NCBI GenBank assembly: GCA_031389115.1
Contig: JANMSI010000135.1
Coordinates: 18,758-82,757 of the forward strand
Direction: 5' to 3'
Length of the DNA stretch: 64,000 bases
Source: Akkermansiaceae bacterium
GTDB lineage: Bacteria > Verrucomicrobiota > Verrucomicrobiia > Verrucomicrobiales > Akkermansiaceae
Below, piece by piece: positions 18,604 to 27,374 of the stretch (position 1 is its first letter; each line of letters begins with the position of its first letter). The translations under genes were made by a program, and so were the position numbers. A model generated the notes under the pieces. The model had not been told where the DNA came from. It did no database searches and saw nothing but the letters and a program-made list of their open reading frames with translations.

Positions 18604-21139
18604 GCGGGGATTTTCCTGGAACCGCCGCGCGCTTGATTACGACGCGGCGGTTCTGTTGTTTGTTCTCCTCGTTGGTGTTCGGCGGGTCGAAGGATTTCCC
18701 CTTGCCGATGGCGGTGACCTTGTAGCCGAGAGTGGATGTAATGTAGTCCGCCACGGTTCTGGCCCGCATGAGGGAAACCTTGCGGCACGCCTCGTCGGTG
18801 CCGATGGAATCCGCCCAGCCTTCCGCGACCAGGCCGCCCCGCGCGATTTCGGGATGCATCTTGAGCCAGGACGCGAGTTTTCGGTCGATCGTGTTGCTCG
18901 ACTCGGCGGTGAGCGTCGATTGATTGAACTCGAATTCCAGCTGCGGGCAAATCTCGTCATCGGTCAGTTTCGGCAGAAGCTTGAGTTTGCCGGACAGGAC
19001 CTTCCGCTCGATGTCGGCTAGCCGGGCGAGGTAAGTCACGATCGGTTCGCCATCCAATCGGCGGACCTGGGCGGCGGTGTCCAGGGTGGTCGTTTCCGCG
19101 ATGAATCCGCTGCTTTCCACGATCGCCTGGCCGCGCCAGGTCTGGCTCATGGCGGCAAACTCGCGGGCGATCGGCCAGTTCCGCCGGGCCGGCACGCTGG
19201 CACCCTTCGGCTCCTCCGAAGGGACGTAAAAATAGACGAAGCGGCGAAGGGCGGACGGGTAGTCGCCGCGCCGCACGGTTTCCTCGGTCGGCGCGAAATA
19301 CGCGGTGGTCTTGGAATGGCCGACGGTGAGAACCTTCGCCGCGCCGGCGTTGGTCATGGGCACGAAACCGATGGCGTCGGGATCCTGCGAGACGATTTCC
19401 GACAATACGGAATTTTCTGCGTGGCGTTTGGCGGAGCCGGAAATGGAGCGGCCCAGCAACACGGAGTCGGAGAAATACTTGTAGGTCCCTGAGCGCTCGG
19501 GGCGGGCGTGCAGGCGGATGGGGCGATCGGTGCCGCCGAGGCCAGACCAGTTGGTGATTTCACCGAGGAACACCCGGCGCAGTTCGTCCACGGTGATCTT
19601 GTCGAGCGGGTTGTCCTCGCCGGTGATGATGGCCAGCGCGTCGAGGCCGAGGGCGAACTGGGAACCGGCCTGGGCGAGATTTCCACAGACCGGCATTAGG
19701 TCGCGCTGCTCGGCACCGCTGATCGGGCGGGACGACATGCCGACGTCGCAGGCACCGAGATTGAGATCGCGGAAGGCGTCGCTGGAACCCGTGGGGCGGA
19801 TGGAAATGGTTTCCCAGATGCCGTCCGAGTCCACGTCGCACATGACGTTGTGGGCGAGCGCCTTCTCGCCCTCGGGTGTTTCGAGTTCGGTCGTGTGGTC
19901 CTCGATCGGCGGGGCTTTTTTCGAATCCTTGGTGACGATGGAAAAGTAGTTGAACGCGAGATTGACGGCGCAGACGGCCCCGACGGTGTTGGAGCCGGAA
20001 ACGCGCAGCACCACGCGGGTTTTGCGATCACCCGGCACGGGTCCGACGGGGGGCAGTGGCTGCGGCACGGTGCGGTCCACCTTGGTGATGTGATCGTGGG
20101 TGCCTTCGATTTTCACCAGATTCCCCTTGTCGGCGATGATCGTCTGCCCGGCCTCGCCCAGCGCGAATTTCACGAAGGGCTGCATCTCGGGGTTGAGCGA
20201 ATACTCGCGGGTGTAAAAATAAACGAAGCGCGACAACGGATAGATTCCCATCCGCACGGCGCCGTGGTCCGGAAAAACCGCGGCGTCCGGCTCCATTTCC
20301 ATGCCGGGCGAGTCGTCGAAGACCTGCAGCCGTTTCAGGCCAGGCTGGGTGGCGTAACTTTCGCCGATGAAACCGATCGCTCCGGGAACTTCGGCCACGC
20401 GCTTCGCCAATTCACGGCTGCTGACGAAGGCCTGAATTTGTTTTTCATCCGCCATCGGCCCCGCTTCGGGATGGATCATTTCCTTGAAGAAATCGAGGGT
20501 GCCGCTCGGCTCTTTGCGGCGGAGCGGGACGATCGGCAGGCCCGCGTCCGCGCCACCGAAGACCTGCCACTCGCCGAGGTCTTTCCAATTGGTCTTCTTG
20601 CGGGAGTAGATCGCCTTGATTTCACTGAAGGAAATCCGGCCCAGCGGGTTGCTCTCGTGGATCACCATGGCGAGCCCGTCCATGGCGACCGGGTGTTCGC
20701 AGCCGATCCCCGGCTCGTTGCCGCGCCAGAAGAAATCGCTGCCGAGCTTGGTTTTAAGCGCATCCGCTTCCAAAGGGGTCACGCGACGGGAACTCATGCC
20801 GATGTCGCACGGTTCGCTCAGGCGGGGAAATTTTCCGAGGAAACTCTTGAAGCTGTCGCCGGAGCCGGTGGCATGGATTTCGATATAGACCGGACCGGCT
20901 CCCGGCACGTCGCCAGTGACGTAAATGATCACCCCGCGGGTCTCGATCTTCGCGGCGGGAACTTTTTTTTCCTGCTCCAGATAGGCCTTCGCCAATTCCG
21001 GGACGGCGTGCTCGCCGAGCGTGTTGGAACCCACGAAAACCAGCAGCCGTTTCCCCGGTGGAGGATTTCCTAGGGAAGCCGGAGCGGAAAAACCAAGCGC
21101 GACCAGCACTGTGACGATGGCGAAACAACGGCGCATCAT
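18587..21139 (-). CDS. Two PstS-like (PBP superfamily) domains fused to a C-terminal OmpA peptidoglycan-binding domain (start moved to 21139)
   Basis: Signal peptide; two copies of GS(N)T.G...TGS..F...CD.GMSSR...A.D.LA...R...SGT...YP..RFVYFY; then FEFNQSTL...EGWADSIG...NRRV. Confidence 0.88.
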   Translation of the reverse strand: MMRRCFAIVTVLVALGFSAPASLGNPPPGKRLLVFVGSNTLGEHAVPELAKAYLEQEKKVPAAKIETRGVIIYVTGDVPGAGPVYIEIHATGSGDSFKSFLGKFPRLSEPCDIGMSSRRVTPLEADALKTKLGSDFFWRGNEPGIGCEHPVAMDGLAMVIHESNPLGRISFSEIKAIYSRKKTNWKDLGEWQVFGGADAGLPIVPLRRKEPSGTLDFFKEMIHPEAGPMADEKQIQAFVSSRELAKRVAEVPGAIGFIGESYATQPGLKRLQVFDDSPGMEMEPDAAVFPDHGAVRMGIYPLSRFVYFYTREYSLNPEMQPFVKFALGEAGQTIIADKGNLVKIEGTHDHITKVDRTVPQPLPPVGPVPGDRKTRVVLRVSGSNTVGAVCAVNLAFNYFSIVTKDSKKAPPIEDHTTELETPEGEKALAHNVMCDVDSDGIWETISIRPTGSSDAFRDLNLGACDVGMSSRPISGAEQRDLMPVCGNLAQAGSQFALGLDALAIITGEDNPLDKITVDELRRVFLGEITNWSGLGGTDRPIRLHARPERSGTYKYFSDSVLLGRSISGSAKRHAENSVLSEIVSQDPDAIGFVPMTNAGAAKVLTVGHSKTTAYFAPTEETVRRGDYPSALRRFVYFYVPSEEPKGASVPARRNWPIAREFAAMSQTWRGQAIVESSGFIAETTTLDTAAQVRRLDGEPIVTYLARLADIERKVLSGKLKLLPKLTDDEICPQLEFEFNQSTLTAESSNTIDRKLASWLKMHPEIARGGLVAEGWADSIGTDEACRKVSLMRARTVADYITSTLGYKVTAIGKGKSFDPPNTNEENKQQNRRVVIKRAAVPGKSPLTSKP

Positions 21140-21186
21140 TGAGAATGACGGAACGAAACGGCGGTCGCGGGGGGAATTGAAATTAG

Positions 21187-21202
21187 GTGACAATTGTGTG
21201 AC
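21187..21202 (-). promoter_or_regulatory. Pho-box-like direct repeat upstream of the PstS-OmpA gene
   Basis: Minus strand GTCAC-ACAATT-GTCAC, 11-bp period, 48 nt before the ATG. Confidence 0.7.
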
Positions 21203-21263
21203 GGCGTTGCTCCGATCCCGAGATCGGGCTTGAACGCGGTCGGCGGCGGGGTTGCATTGGCGC

Positions 21264-22340
21264 ATGGGTCCGCAGTCTCCACGATCGTTGCACGATCTCG
21301 GTTTTTCCGAGATGGTTGAGGTGCTGGCGGCGGACGGCGTGATTCTGCATCACGTGAAACCGCTCTGGCGCGCGATTCATTCCGATGGCGTGCTCGACCT
21401 AACGCATTGCGATTTCCTGCCGCCGCTCAAACGCTGGGTCGCCCGATCCGTGGGGGAGGGGAAGGCGTTTTTCCTCGATGCGCCGGAGGTGGTGGACGAG
21501 ACGCAGAGCTCCGACGGGCTGACACGGAAATTTCTCCTGCGGCTGCGCGACGGGCAGACCATCGAGACCGTGCTGATGGGCTACGCCGGCCGGCAGACGG
21601 TTTGCGTGAGCACGCAGGCGGGCTGCGCGATGGGCTGTGTGTTCTGCGCGACGGGGCAAATGGGATTCGTCCGCCATCTGCGGACCGGCGAAATCGTGGC
21701 GCAAGTCCTGCATGCCCGGCGGATTTTAAAGGAGATCCATCCGACCAAGCGGCTTCGCAATATGGTGCTCATGGGAATGGGCGAGCCGCTGCACAATTAC
21801 GACGCCGTCATGCGGGCGCTTGAGTCGATTTCCAACCGCAGCGGGATCGGCATCGGACCATCGAAAATCGCCGTTAGCACGGTGGGCGTGGTCCCAAGCA
21901 TCCTCCGGCTCGCTGCAGAAGGGCGGGAATACCGCTTGGCGGTTAGTTTGCACGGCTCGACCGAGGAGGAGCGCGCGGCGCTGGTCCCGGCGAGCAAACG
22001 TTGGTCGCTGGCGATGCTGATGGAGGCCTGCCGCGAATACGCGCGGATCACGGGCAGGCGGATCTTCTTCGAGTGGACGCTGATCGCCGGGAAAAACGAT
22101 TCCGCCGCGACGGCAATGCGGCTGGCGGAGCTGCTGCGGGGAATCGACGCGCATGTGAATCTGATCCCGCTCAACCCGACCGGCGGGTTCGCGGGTTGCC
22201 AGAGCGACGCCGGGCACGAGTTTCAAAAAATCCTGACCGCCGCCGGATTTCCCTGCACCTTCCGCCAGCGCCGCGGCATCGACGTCGCCGCAGGCTGCGG
22301 GATGTTAAACGCGGAGAGACGGATCAAAGCCCATTTGTGA
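21264..22340 (+). CDS. rlmN: Radical SAM 23S rRNA/tRNA m2A methyltransferase
   Basis: CVSTQAGCAMGCVFCATG, MGMGEPLHN, VNLIPLNP and AAGCG motifs; MGMGEPL favours RlmN over Cfr. Confidence 0.88.
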   Translation: MGPQSPRSLHDLGFSEMVEVLAADGVILHHVKPLWRAIHSDGVLDLTHCDFLPPLKRWVARSVGEGKAFFLDAPEVVDETQSSDGLTRKFLLRLRDGQTIETVLMGYAGRQTVCVSTQAGCAMGCVFCATGQMGFVRHLRTGEIVAQVLHARRILKEIHPTKRLRNMVLMGMGEPLHNYDAVMRALESISNRSGIGIGPSKIAVSTVGVVPSILRLAAEGREYRLAVSLHGSTEEERAALVPASKRWSLAMLMEACREYARITGRRIFFEWTLIAGKNDSAATAMRLAELLRGIDAHVNLIPLNPTGGFAGCQSDAGHEFQKILTAAGFPCTFRQRRGIDVAAGCGMLNAERRIKAHL

Positions 22341-22353
22341 CGGGAACGTCACA
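22336..22353. promoter_or_regulatory. GT(G/C)AC 11-bp-period site upstream of tpsB
   Basis: TGTGAC-GGGAAC-GTCACA; the first half-site overlaps the rlmN stop codon. Confidence 0.55.
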
Positions 22354-22421
22354 TTCGCGCCCTTGAGAGCGGGGGCTGTGGGGGAGAAAGCTCCGCCCCG
22401 CTTGAAATGCGGGCTTGCAGC

Positions 22422-24023
22422 ATGAGTTTGGAGAAATCGATTTCCGCGTCCCCACCGTTCCTCCGCAAGGTTCTTGCGCTGGTTTGTGGCCTGCTGGCGA
22501 GTGCTCCCGGCTGGCTTGCCGCCCAGGAAATCACGAATTTCTACATCCGCGAATATCGCGTGGAAGGCGCGCACCGCCTGAAAAGCCTTGAGGTCGAGGA
22601 GGCGGTCTATCCGTTTCTCGGACCTGCCAGGACTCCGGACGACGTCGAGCAGGCGCGCGTCGCGCTGGAGAAAGTCTATCACGCCAGGGGCTTTCAGACC
22701 GTTTCGGTGGTGGTCCCGCAGCAGGACCCGCGGCGCGGGATCATCCGGCTTGAGGTGGTCGAGGGTAAAGTCGGTCGCCTCAGGGTGAACGGTGCGCGCT
22801 ATTTCCTCCCCAGCCGGATCAGGCGCGAAGCCCCCACCTTGGCGGAGGGAAATGTCCCGGACATGAATCAGGTCAGCAAGGAAATCGTCGGGCTCAACCG
22901 CTTGACGGACCGCCGCGTGACCCCCGTGCTGCGCACCGGCGTCGTGCCCGGGACCGTGGACATCGATCTCAATGTCGAGGACAAGATGCCACTGCACGGG
23001 TCGTTAGAACTTAATAACCGTTATAGCTCGAACACCACCGAGCTGCGCCTGAACGGTGCGTTGAGCTATGGGAATCTTTTCCAGCTCGGCCATACCGGCG
23101 GCCTGAGTTTCCAGATCGCCCCGGAAAACAAGGACGACGCCCTCGTTTTCACAGGCTACTACCTCGCGCGGGTTTCCGATGGCGTGAGCCTGATGCTGCA
23201 AGGCACCAAGCAGAACAGCGACATCTCCACGCTCGGCGGCGCCGCGGTCGGCGGCCGCGGCGAAATCATCGGTCTGCGGGCGCTTTTCGACCTGCCTTCC
23301 GCCGCGAAGTTCTATCAGAGCTTCAGCCTCGGGATCGACTACAAGAATTTCGAGGAGGACATCGTCATCGGCGCTGACACCATTTCATCACCCATCGAAT
23401 ACTATCCGATCAGCGCGAACTACGGCGCTACCTGGCTCGCGGAGAAAGCCTTCACCGAGTTCAACACGTCGCTCAATTTTCACCTGCGGGGCCTAGGCAG
23501 CAGCGAGCGGGACTATGCGAACAAGCGCTTCAACGCGGACGGCAGCTACGTTTTCCTCCGCAGCGATCTCGCCCACACCCACGATCTCAAGGGTGGCTCG
23601 CAGGTCTTCGGCAAGGTCCAGGGCCAGATCGCCAGCCAACCGTTGGTGAACGGCGAGCAGATCGCCGGCGGCGGCCTCGGGACCGTTAGAGGTTACCTCG
23701 AAGCAACGGTCCTCGGCGACAACGGCGTGTTTGGCACCGTCGAGTTCCGCGGTCCGTCCCTCATCGGCACTCCTGACAAGGACGGCACCCGCACCGACGA
23801 ATGGCGCTTCCTCGCCTTCGCCGATGCAGGATTGGTCCGCATTTACGACGCTTTGCCCTCCCAGCAGAAACGCTATGGCCTCGCCAGTGCCGGTGTCGGC
23901 ACCCGTTTCAAAGTTCACAACCACTTCAACGGTTCTCTCGATGTCGCCGTCCCGTTCATCGATCAGATCGACGCCGATTCCGGTGAAGTTCGCGTCACTT
24001 TTCGCGGCTGGGCCGATTTCTAA
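22422..24023 (+). CDS. TpsB (ShlB/FhaC/HecB family) outer-membrane secretion protein
   Basis: Signal peptide, POTRA region (YIREYRVEG...YHARGF), beta-barrel with VRGY loop motif (GTVRGYLE), terminal Phe. Confidence 0.92.
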   Translation: MSLEKSISASPPFLRKVLALVCGLLASAPGWLAAQEITNFYIREYRVEGAHRLKSLEVEEAVYPFLGPARTPDDVEQARVALEKVYHARGFQTVSVVVPQQDPRRGIIRLEVVEGKVGRLRVNGARYFLPSRIRREAPTLAEGNVPDMNQVSKEIVGLNRLTDRRVTPVLRTGVVPGTVDIDLNVEDKMPLHGSLELNNRYSSNTTELRLNGALSYGNLFQLGHTGGLSFQIAPENKDDALVFTGYYLARVSDGVSLMLQGTKQNSDISTLGGAAVGGRGEIIGLRALFDLPSAAKFYQSFSLGIDYKNFEEDIVIGADTISSPIEYYPISANYGATWLAEKAFTEFNTSLNFHLRGLGSSERDYANKRFNADGSYVFLRSDLAHTHDLKGGSQVFGKVQGQIASQPLVNGEQIAGGGLGTVRGYLEATVLGDNGVFGTVEFRGPSLIGTPDKDGTRTDEWRFLAFADAGLVRIYDALPSQQKRYGLASAGVGTRFKVHNHFNGSLDVAVPFIDQIDADSGEVRVTFRGWADF

Positions 24024-24049
24024 CCAACCCTTTCCCCCAATCCTCTCTC

Positions 24050-25948
24050 ATGAAGCTAACATCCTCCTTCAAACTCCTCCGGCTCGCCGGCGGCTTCTGC
24101 GCCGCGCTCTTTCTAACGCCCGTCCTTCGCGCCGAAGAACCGAAAGAAGCCTGGTGGAATGCAGAATGGACCGAGCGCGCCAAGCTAACGCTCGATACCG
24201 GTGGTGACGCCGCGGCGCTGGTCGATCCCGCCGGGACCGCCGCCATGCTCGTCCGCCTCTCCGATGGCAATTTTCAGTTCGCCAAAGCCCGCGAGGACGG
24301 CGGCGACAAACCCTTCGTCGCCGCAGAAGGCAAGACGCACCTCCCGCACCAGATCGAGAAATATGACAACCTTCTCAACGAGTCCTATGTCTGGGTGAAA
24401 CTCCCCGATGTGAAGCCCGCCGCCAAGGAGTCCTTCTTCATCTATTACGGGAATGCCGACCCTGCCATGGTGGCCGCCTCGAAGCCTGCGGACGCCTTCG
24501 ACGGTGATTTCACCCTCGTCTATCATTTCGGCGAACTGGCCACCCCTCCCGTCGATGCCACCGCCAATGGCAACAACGCCGAAAACGCGGGTGCGACCTC
24601 CGAGGCCGCCTTGATCGGCAGCGGTTTGCGCCTGTTGGGATCCGCTCCCGTCACCATCCCTGCCAAGCCTTCGCTCCAATGGTCACAAGGGCAGACTTTC
24701 ACCCTTTCCACGTGGATCAAGCCCGCCGCTCTCGCGGCCAATGCGGTCCTCGCCAGCCGAACCGAGGGTCCGGCCTCATTCCGGCTGCTTCTCGACCAAG
24801 GTGTCCCGCTGGTGGAAATCGGCGGAACCCGCAGCCCGGCCGGTCCTCCCATTGCCGCCGCAACCTGGACGCATGTTGCGCTTGTTGCGAGCGGTCAGGA
24901 CCTGGAACTTTTCGTCAACGGCGCCTCCTACGCCAAGCTCGCCGCCGCCCTGCCGGCCATGAACAGCCCGTTGCTCATCGGGGGTCTTCCCGCGGATGCG
25001 CCCGCTGCCGGCAGCACGCCCTTCATCGGGGAAATGGACGAGTTCACCCTTTCGAAGGTCGCCCGCCCGGCCGGCTGGATCAAGCTGGCCTCCGTCAACC
25101 AAGGCAACTCGGATGCCGCCCAGCGCACTCTCTCGCTCAGCCAGGGCGAGGCCGGTGAAGGCGGCGGCGAACACAGCGGCGGCGTCATGGAGCATCTTTC
25201 GCTTTTCGGCGACATCGCTAACAACATGATGTTCGACGGCTGGATCGCCATCGGCGTCTGCGCCATCATGATCGTCGTCGGCTGGACCGTTGCGGTGAAA
25301 AAATTCATCTATTTGAACTCGATCGAGAAGGGTACCAGGATCTTCCTCAAAAAGTGGAAGGAGCTGTCCACCGACCTGACCGCCCTGGATACCGAGGACA
25401 ATTCCAGCGTCAGCAGCCTCGGCGGCCAAGTCGGGGCTTCGGATCAAAACCACATCCAGAAGTCCCCGCTGTTTCATATCTATCAGATTGGTGCCGACGA
25501 GATCCGCCACCGCCTCGATAAGGGCCGCAACGTGGACGGCTTGTCCGGCCGGTCCATCCAAGCCATCCGCGCCAGCCTCGACGCCGGTCTCGTTCACGAG
25601 ACCCACCGCCTGTCCGACGGCCTCGTTTACCTCACCATGAGCATCGCCGGTGGACCTTACGTTGGATTGTTAGGCACGGTCGTCGGCGTCATGATCACCT
25701 TCGCCATCATTGCCAAGTCCGGCGAGGTCAACGTCAACTCGATCGCCCCCGGCATCGCGTCCGCCTTGCTCGCCACCGTGGTCGGACTCGTCGTCGCCAT
25801 CCCCGCCCTGTTCATCTACAGCTATCTGAACGGTCGCATTAAAAACTCGCTCGGCCTGATGCAGGTCTTCATCGACGAATTCGTCGCCAAGATGGCCGAG
25901 TTCTACCGCCCGCCCAACGAGACCGAACCCAACAGCGGCGGCCATTGA
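24050..25948 (+). CDS. DUF2341 + LamG-like + MotA/TolQ/ExbB proton-channel protein
   Basis: WWNAEW and VWVKLP...FIYYGN (DUF2341), FTLSTWIKP and WTHVALV (LamG-like), GGPYVGLLGTVVGVM and IAPGIASALLATVVGL (ExbB helices). Confidence 0.92.
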   Translation: MKLTSSFKLLRLAGGFCAALFLTPVLRAEEPKEAWWNAEWTERAKLTLDTGGDAAALVDPAGTAAMLVRLSDGNFQFAKAREDGGDKPFVAAEGKTHLPHQIEKYDNLLNESYVWVKLPDVKPAAKESFFIYYGNADPAMVAASKPADAFDGDFTLVYHFGELATPPVDATANGNNAENAGATSEAALIGSGLRLLGSAPVTIPAKPSLQWSQGQTFTLSTWIKPAALAANAVLASRTEGPASFRLLLDQGVPLVEIGGTRSPAGPPIAAATWTHVALVASGQDLELFVNGASYAKLAAALPAMNSPLLIGGLPADAPAAGSTPFIGEMDEFTLSKVARPAGWIKLASVNQGNSDAAQRTLSLSQGEAGEGGGEHSGGVMEHLSLFGDIANNMMFDGWIAIGVCAIMIVVGWTVAVKKFIYLNSIEKGTRIFLKKWKELSTDLTALDTEDNSSVSSLGGQVGASDQNHIQKSPLFHIYQIGADEIRHRLDKGRNVDGLSGRSIQAIRASLDAGLVHETHRLSDGLVYLTMSIAGGPYVGLLGTVVGVMITFAIIAKSGEVNVNSIAPGIASALLATVVGLVVAIPALFIYSYLNGRIKNSLGLMQVFIDEFVAKMAEFYRPPNETEPNSGGH

Positions 25949-25987
25949 ACTCGAATTTGAATTTTCAAATCTCAAATCTCCAACCCG

Positions 25988-26398
25988 ATGGCCTCCGCCG
26001 ACGACCAACGCTTCGATGACATCAACGTCACTCCCATGGTGGACCTCTATCTGGTCCTCTTGCTGATCTTCATCATCATGACCACCGCCGGCGTGCAGGG
26101 GGTGAAGGTCAATCTGCCCAGCGTCAACAGCAAGCCGGCTCAGACGAAGTTAGAGGAGCCCAAGACCCAGGCGATCACCATCGACACCGGCGGTAACATC
26201 AAGCTCAACACCATGGGCGTCACGCTCGCCGAGCTGGAATCCAAGCTCGGTCAACTCATTGCCGCCACGCCCGAGCTTCCCGTGGTCGTCCGCGGGGACG
26301 GCCAGAACCAGTATCAGGGAATCATGGACGTCCTCGATGTCCTTGGCCGCGTCGGCGTGACCAAGATCGGACTTGCCACCCAGCCTGCGAAAAAATAA
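25988..26398 (+). CDS. exbD: ExbD/TolR biopolymer transport protein
   Basis: DINVTPMVDLYLVLLLIFIIMT, VNLP, VVVRGD...YQ.IMDVLD. Confidence 0.93.
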   Translation: MASADDQRFDDINVTPMVDLYLVLLLIFIIMTTAGVQGVKVNLPSVNSKPAQTKLEEPKTQAITIDTGGNIKLNTMGVTLAELESKLGQLIAATPELPVVVRGDGQNQYQGIMDVLDVLGRVGVTKIGLATQPAKK

Positions 26399-26412
26399 CC
26401 GCCGCCACCCGC

Positions 26413-26676
26413 ATGAATTCCAAGCCACCCGCTCCGAACCCGAACCAAGGCCGCCTCTTTATCGGCGCCATGTTCGCGCTGGTGTTGTTAGGCGGGGTCG
26501 CTTCGTTCTTCATTTCCGTTAAAAAAGCGCCCGTGAAGACTCCCCACAAAGACGGGATCATTTACATCACTCCCATTCCGCGGGTGTCGCCACCACGTCC
26601 TGTGAAACCGGAACTGTCACCTAACGGGATTCCGAAACCCATCAACCTGCGGATCTCCGCAAGCAATTTCTCCTGA
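26413..26676 (+). CDS. Small single-TM protein, truncated paralogue of the downstream TonB-like gene
   Basis: 87 aa; both ends resemble the next ORF; its stop overlaps the next start (TGATG at 26674-26678). Confidence 0.65.
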   Translation: MNSKPPAPNPNQGRLFIGAMFALVLLGGVASFFISVKKAPVKTPHKDGIIYITPIPRVSPPRPVKPELSPNGIPKPINLRISASNFS

Positions 26677-27359
26677 TGAGAATTTTTTCAAAGACACCGA
26701 ATCCTTCGCCGAACAAGGGCCGCCTGATGCGCGGGCTGTTCTTGCTGAGCGGAATGGCCCTGCTGCTGGGCTCGTGCAAGAAGACGAAAGTCTCCACCGC
26801 TCCGGACCAAGAAATCACGATCACACTCCCACCGCCGCCGCCTCCACCGCCGCCGCCACCGAAGGTCGAGCCGCCACCGCCGGTCGAGAAGCCGCCCGAG
26901 CCCGAGGAGATGGTCGAGCAGGAAGTCGTCCCGGACGACGAGCCGCCGCCGGACGACTCACCGATTGACACGCCGCCCTCCGACCTCGGGTCCAACGCCA
27001 CGGGCAGCGGCCCCTCCATCGGCGCGGGCACCGGCGGCAGCGGCAGGATTGGCGGCACGGGCCGCAAAGGCGGCGGCAGCAAATGGGGTTACTACGCGGC
27101 CAAGGTCCAGACCACTGTGAAGGACGCGCTGGGTCGCAATGGCAGCACCCAAAAAGCGTCGTTCAGCATGCAGGTGCGGATCTGGGCGGATTCCACCGGG
27201 CGCATTACCAAGGCGATTTTAGTCGGTAGCTCCGGCAGCCCGGCTGTTGACCAAGCCATCAAAAACCAGGTCCTCGTCGGCCTCCAGCTTTCCGAACCGC
27301 CGCCCGCGGGCATGCCCATGCCCATCACCATGCGCATCTCCGCCAGCAAACCCCGCTAA
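26676..27359 (+). CDS. TonB-like energy transducer (TM anchor, poly-Pro linker, TonB C-terminal domain)
   Basis: Hydrophobic anchor, LPPPPPPPPPPPK, acidic linker, YYAAKVQ...VRIWADSTGRIT...GSSGSPAVDQAI. Confidence 0.88.
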   Translation: MRIFSKTPNPSPNKGRLMRGLFLLSGMALLLGSCKKTKVSTAPDQEITITLPPPPPPPPPPPKVEPPPPVEKPPEPEEMVEQEVVPDDEPPPDDSPIDTPPSDLGSNATGSGPSIGAGTGGSGRIGGTGRKGGGSKWGYYAAKVQTTVKDALGRNGSTQKASFSMQVRIWADSTGRITKAILVGSSGSPAVDQAIKNQVLVGLQLSEPPPAGMPMPITMRISASKPR

Positions 27360-27374
27360 CGCCTTTTCTTCCAA

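Noticed and set aside
21264-22340. Cfr-type antibiotic resistance methyltransferase
   Set aside because: MGMGEPLHN and the surrounding motifs fit RlmN; there is no mobile-element context.
22336-22353. CRP/FNR site
   Set aside because: The spacing is TGTGA-N8-TCACA, not N6; it is better explained by the 11-bp-period motif family.
26829-26862. CCG/CCA microsatellite as a phase-variation tract
   Set aside because: It encodes the TonB poly-proline linker, uses mixed codons and is a triplet repeat, so slippage would not switch the frame.
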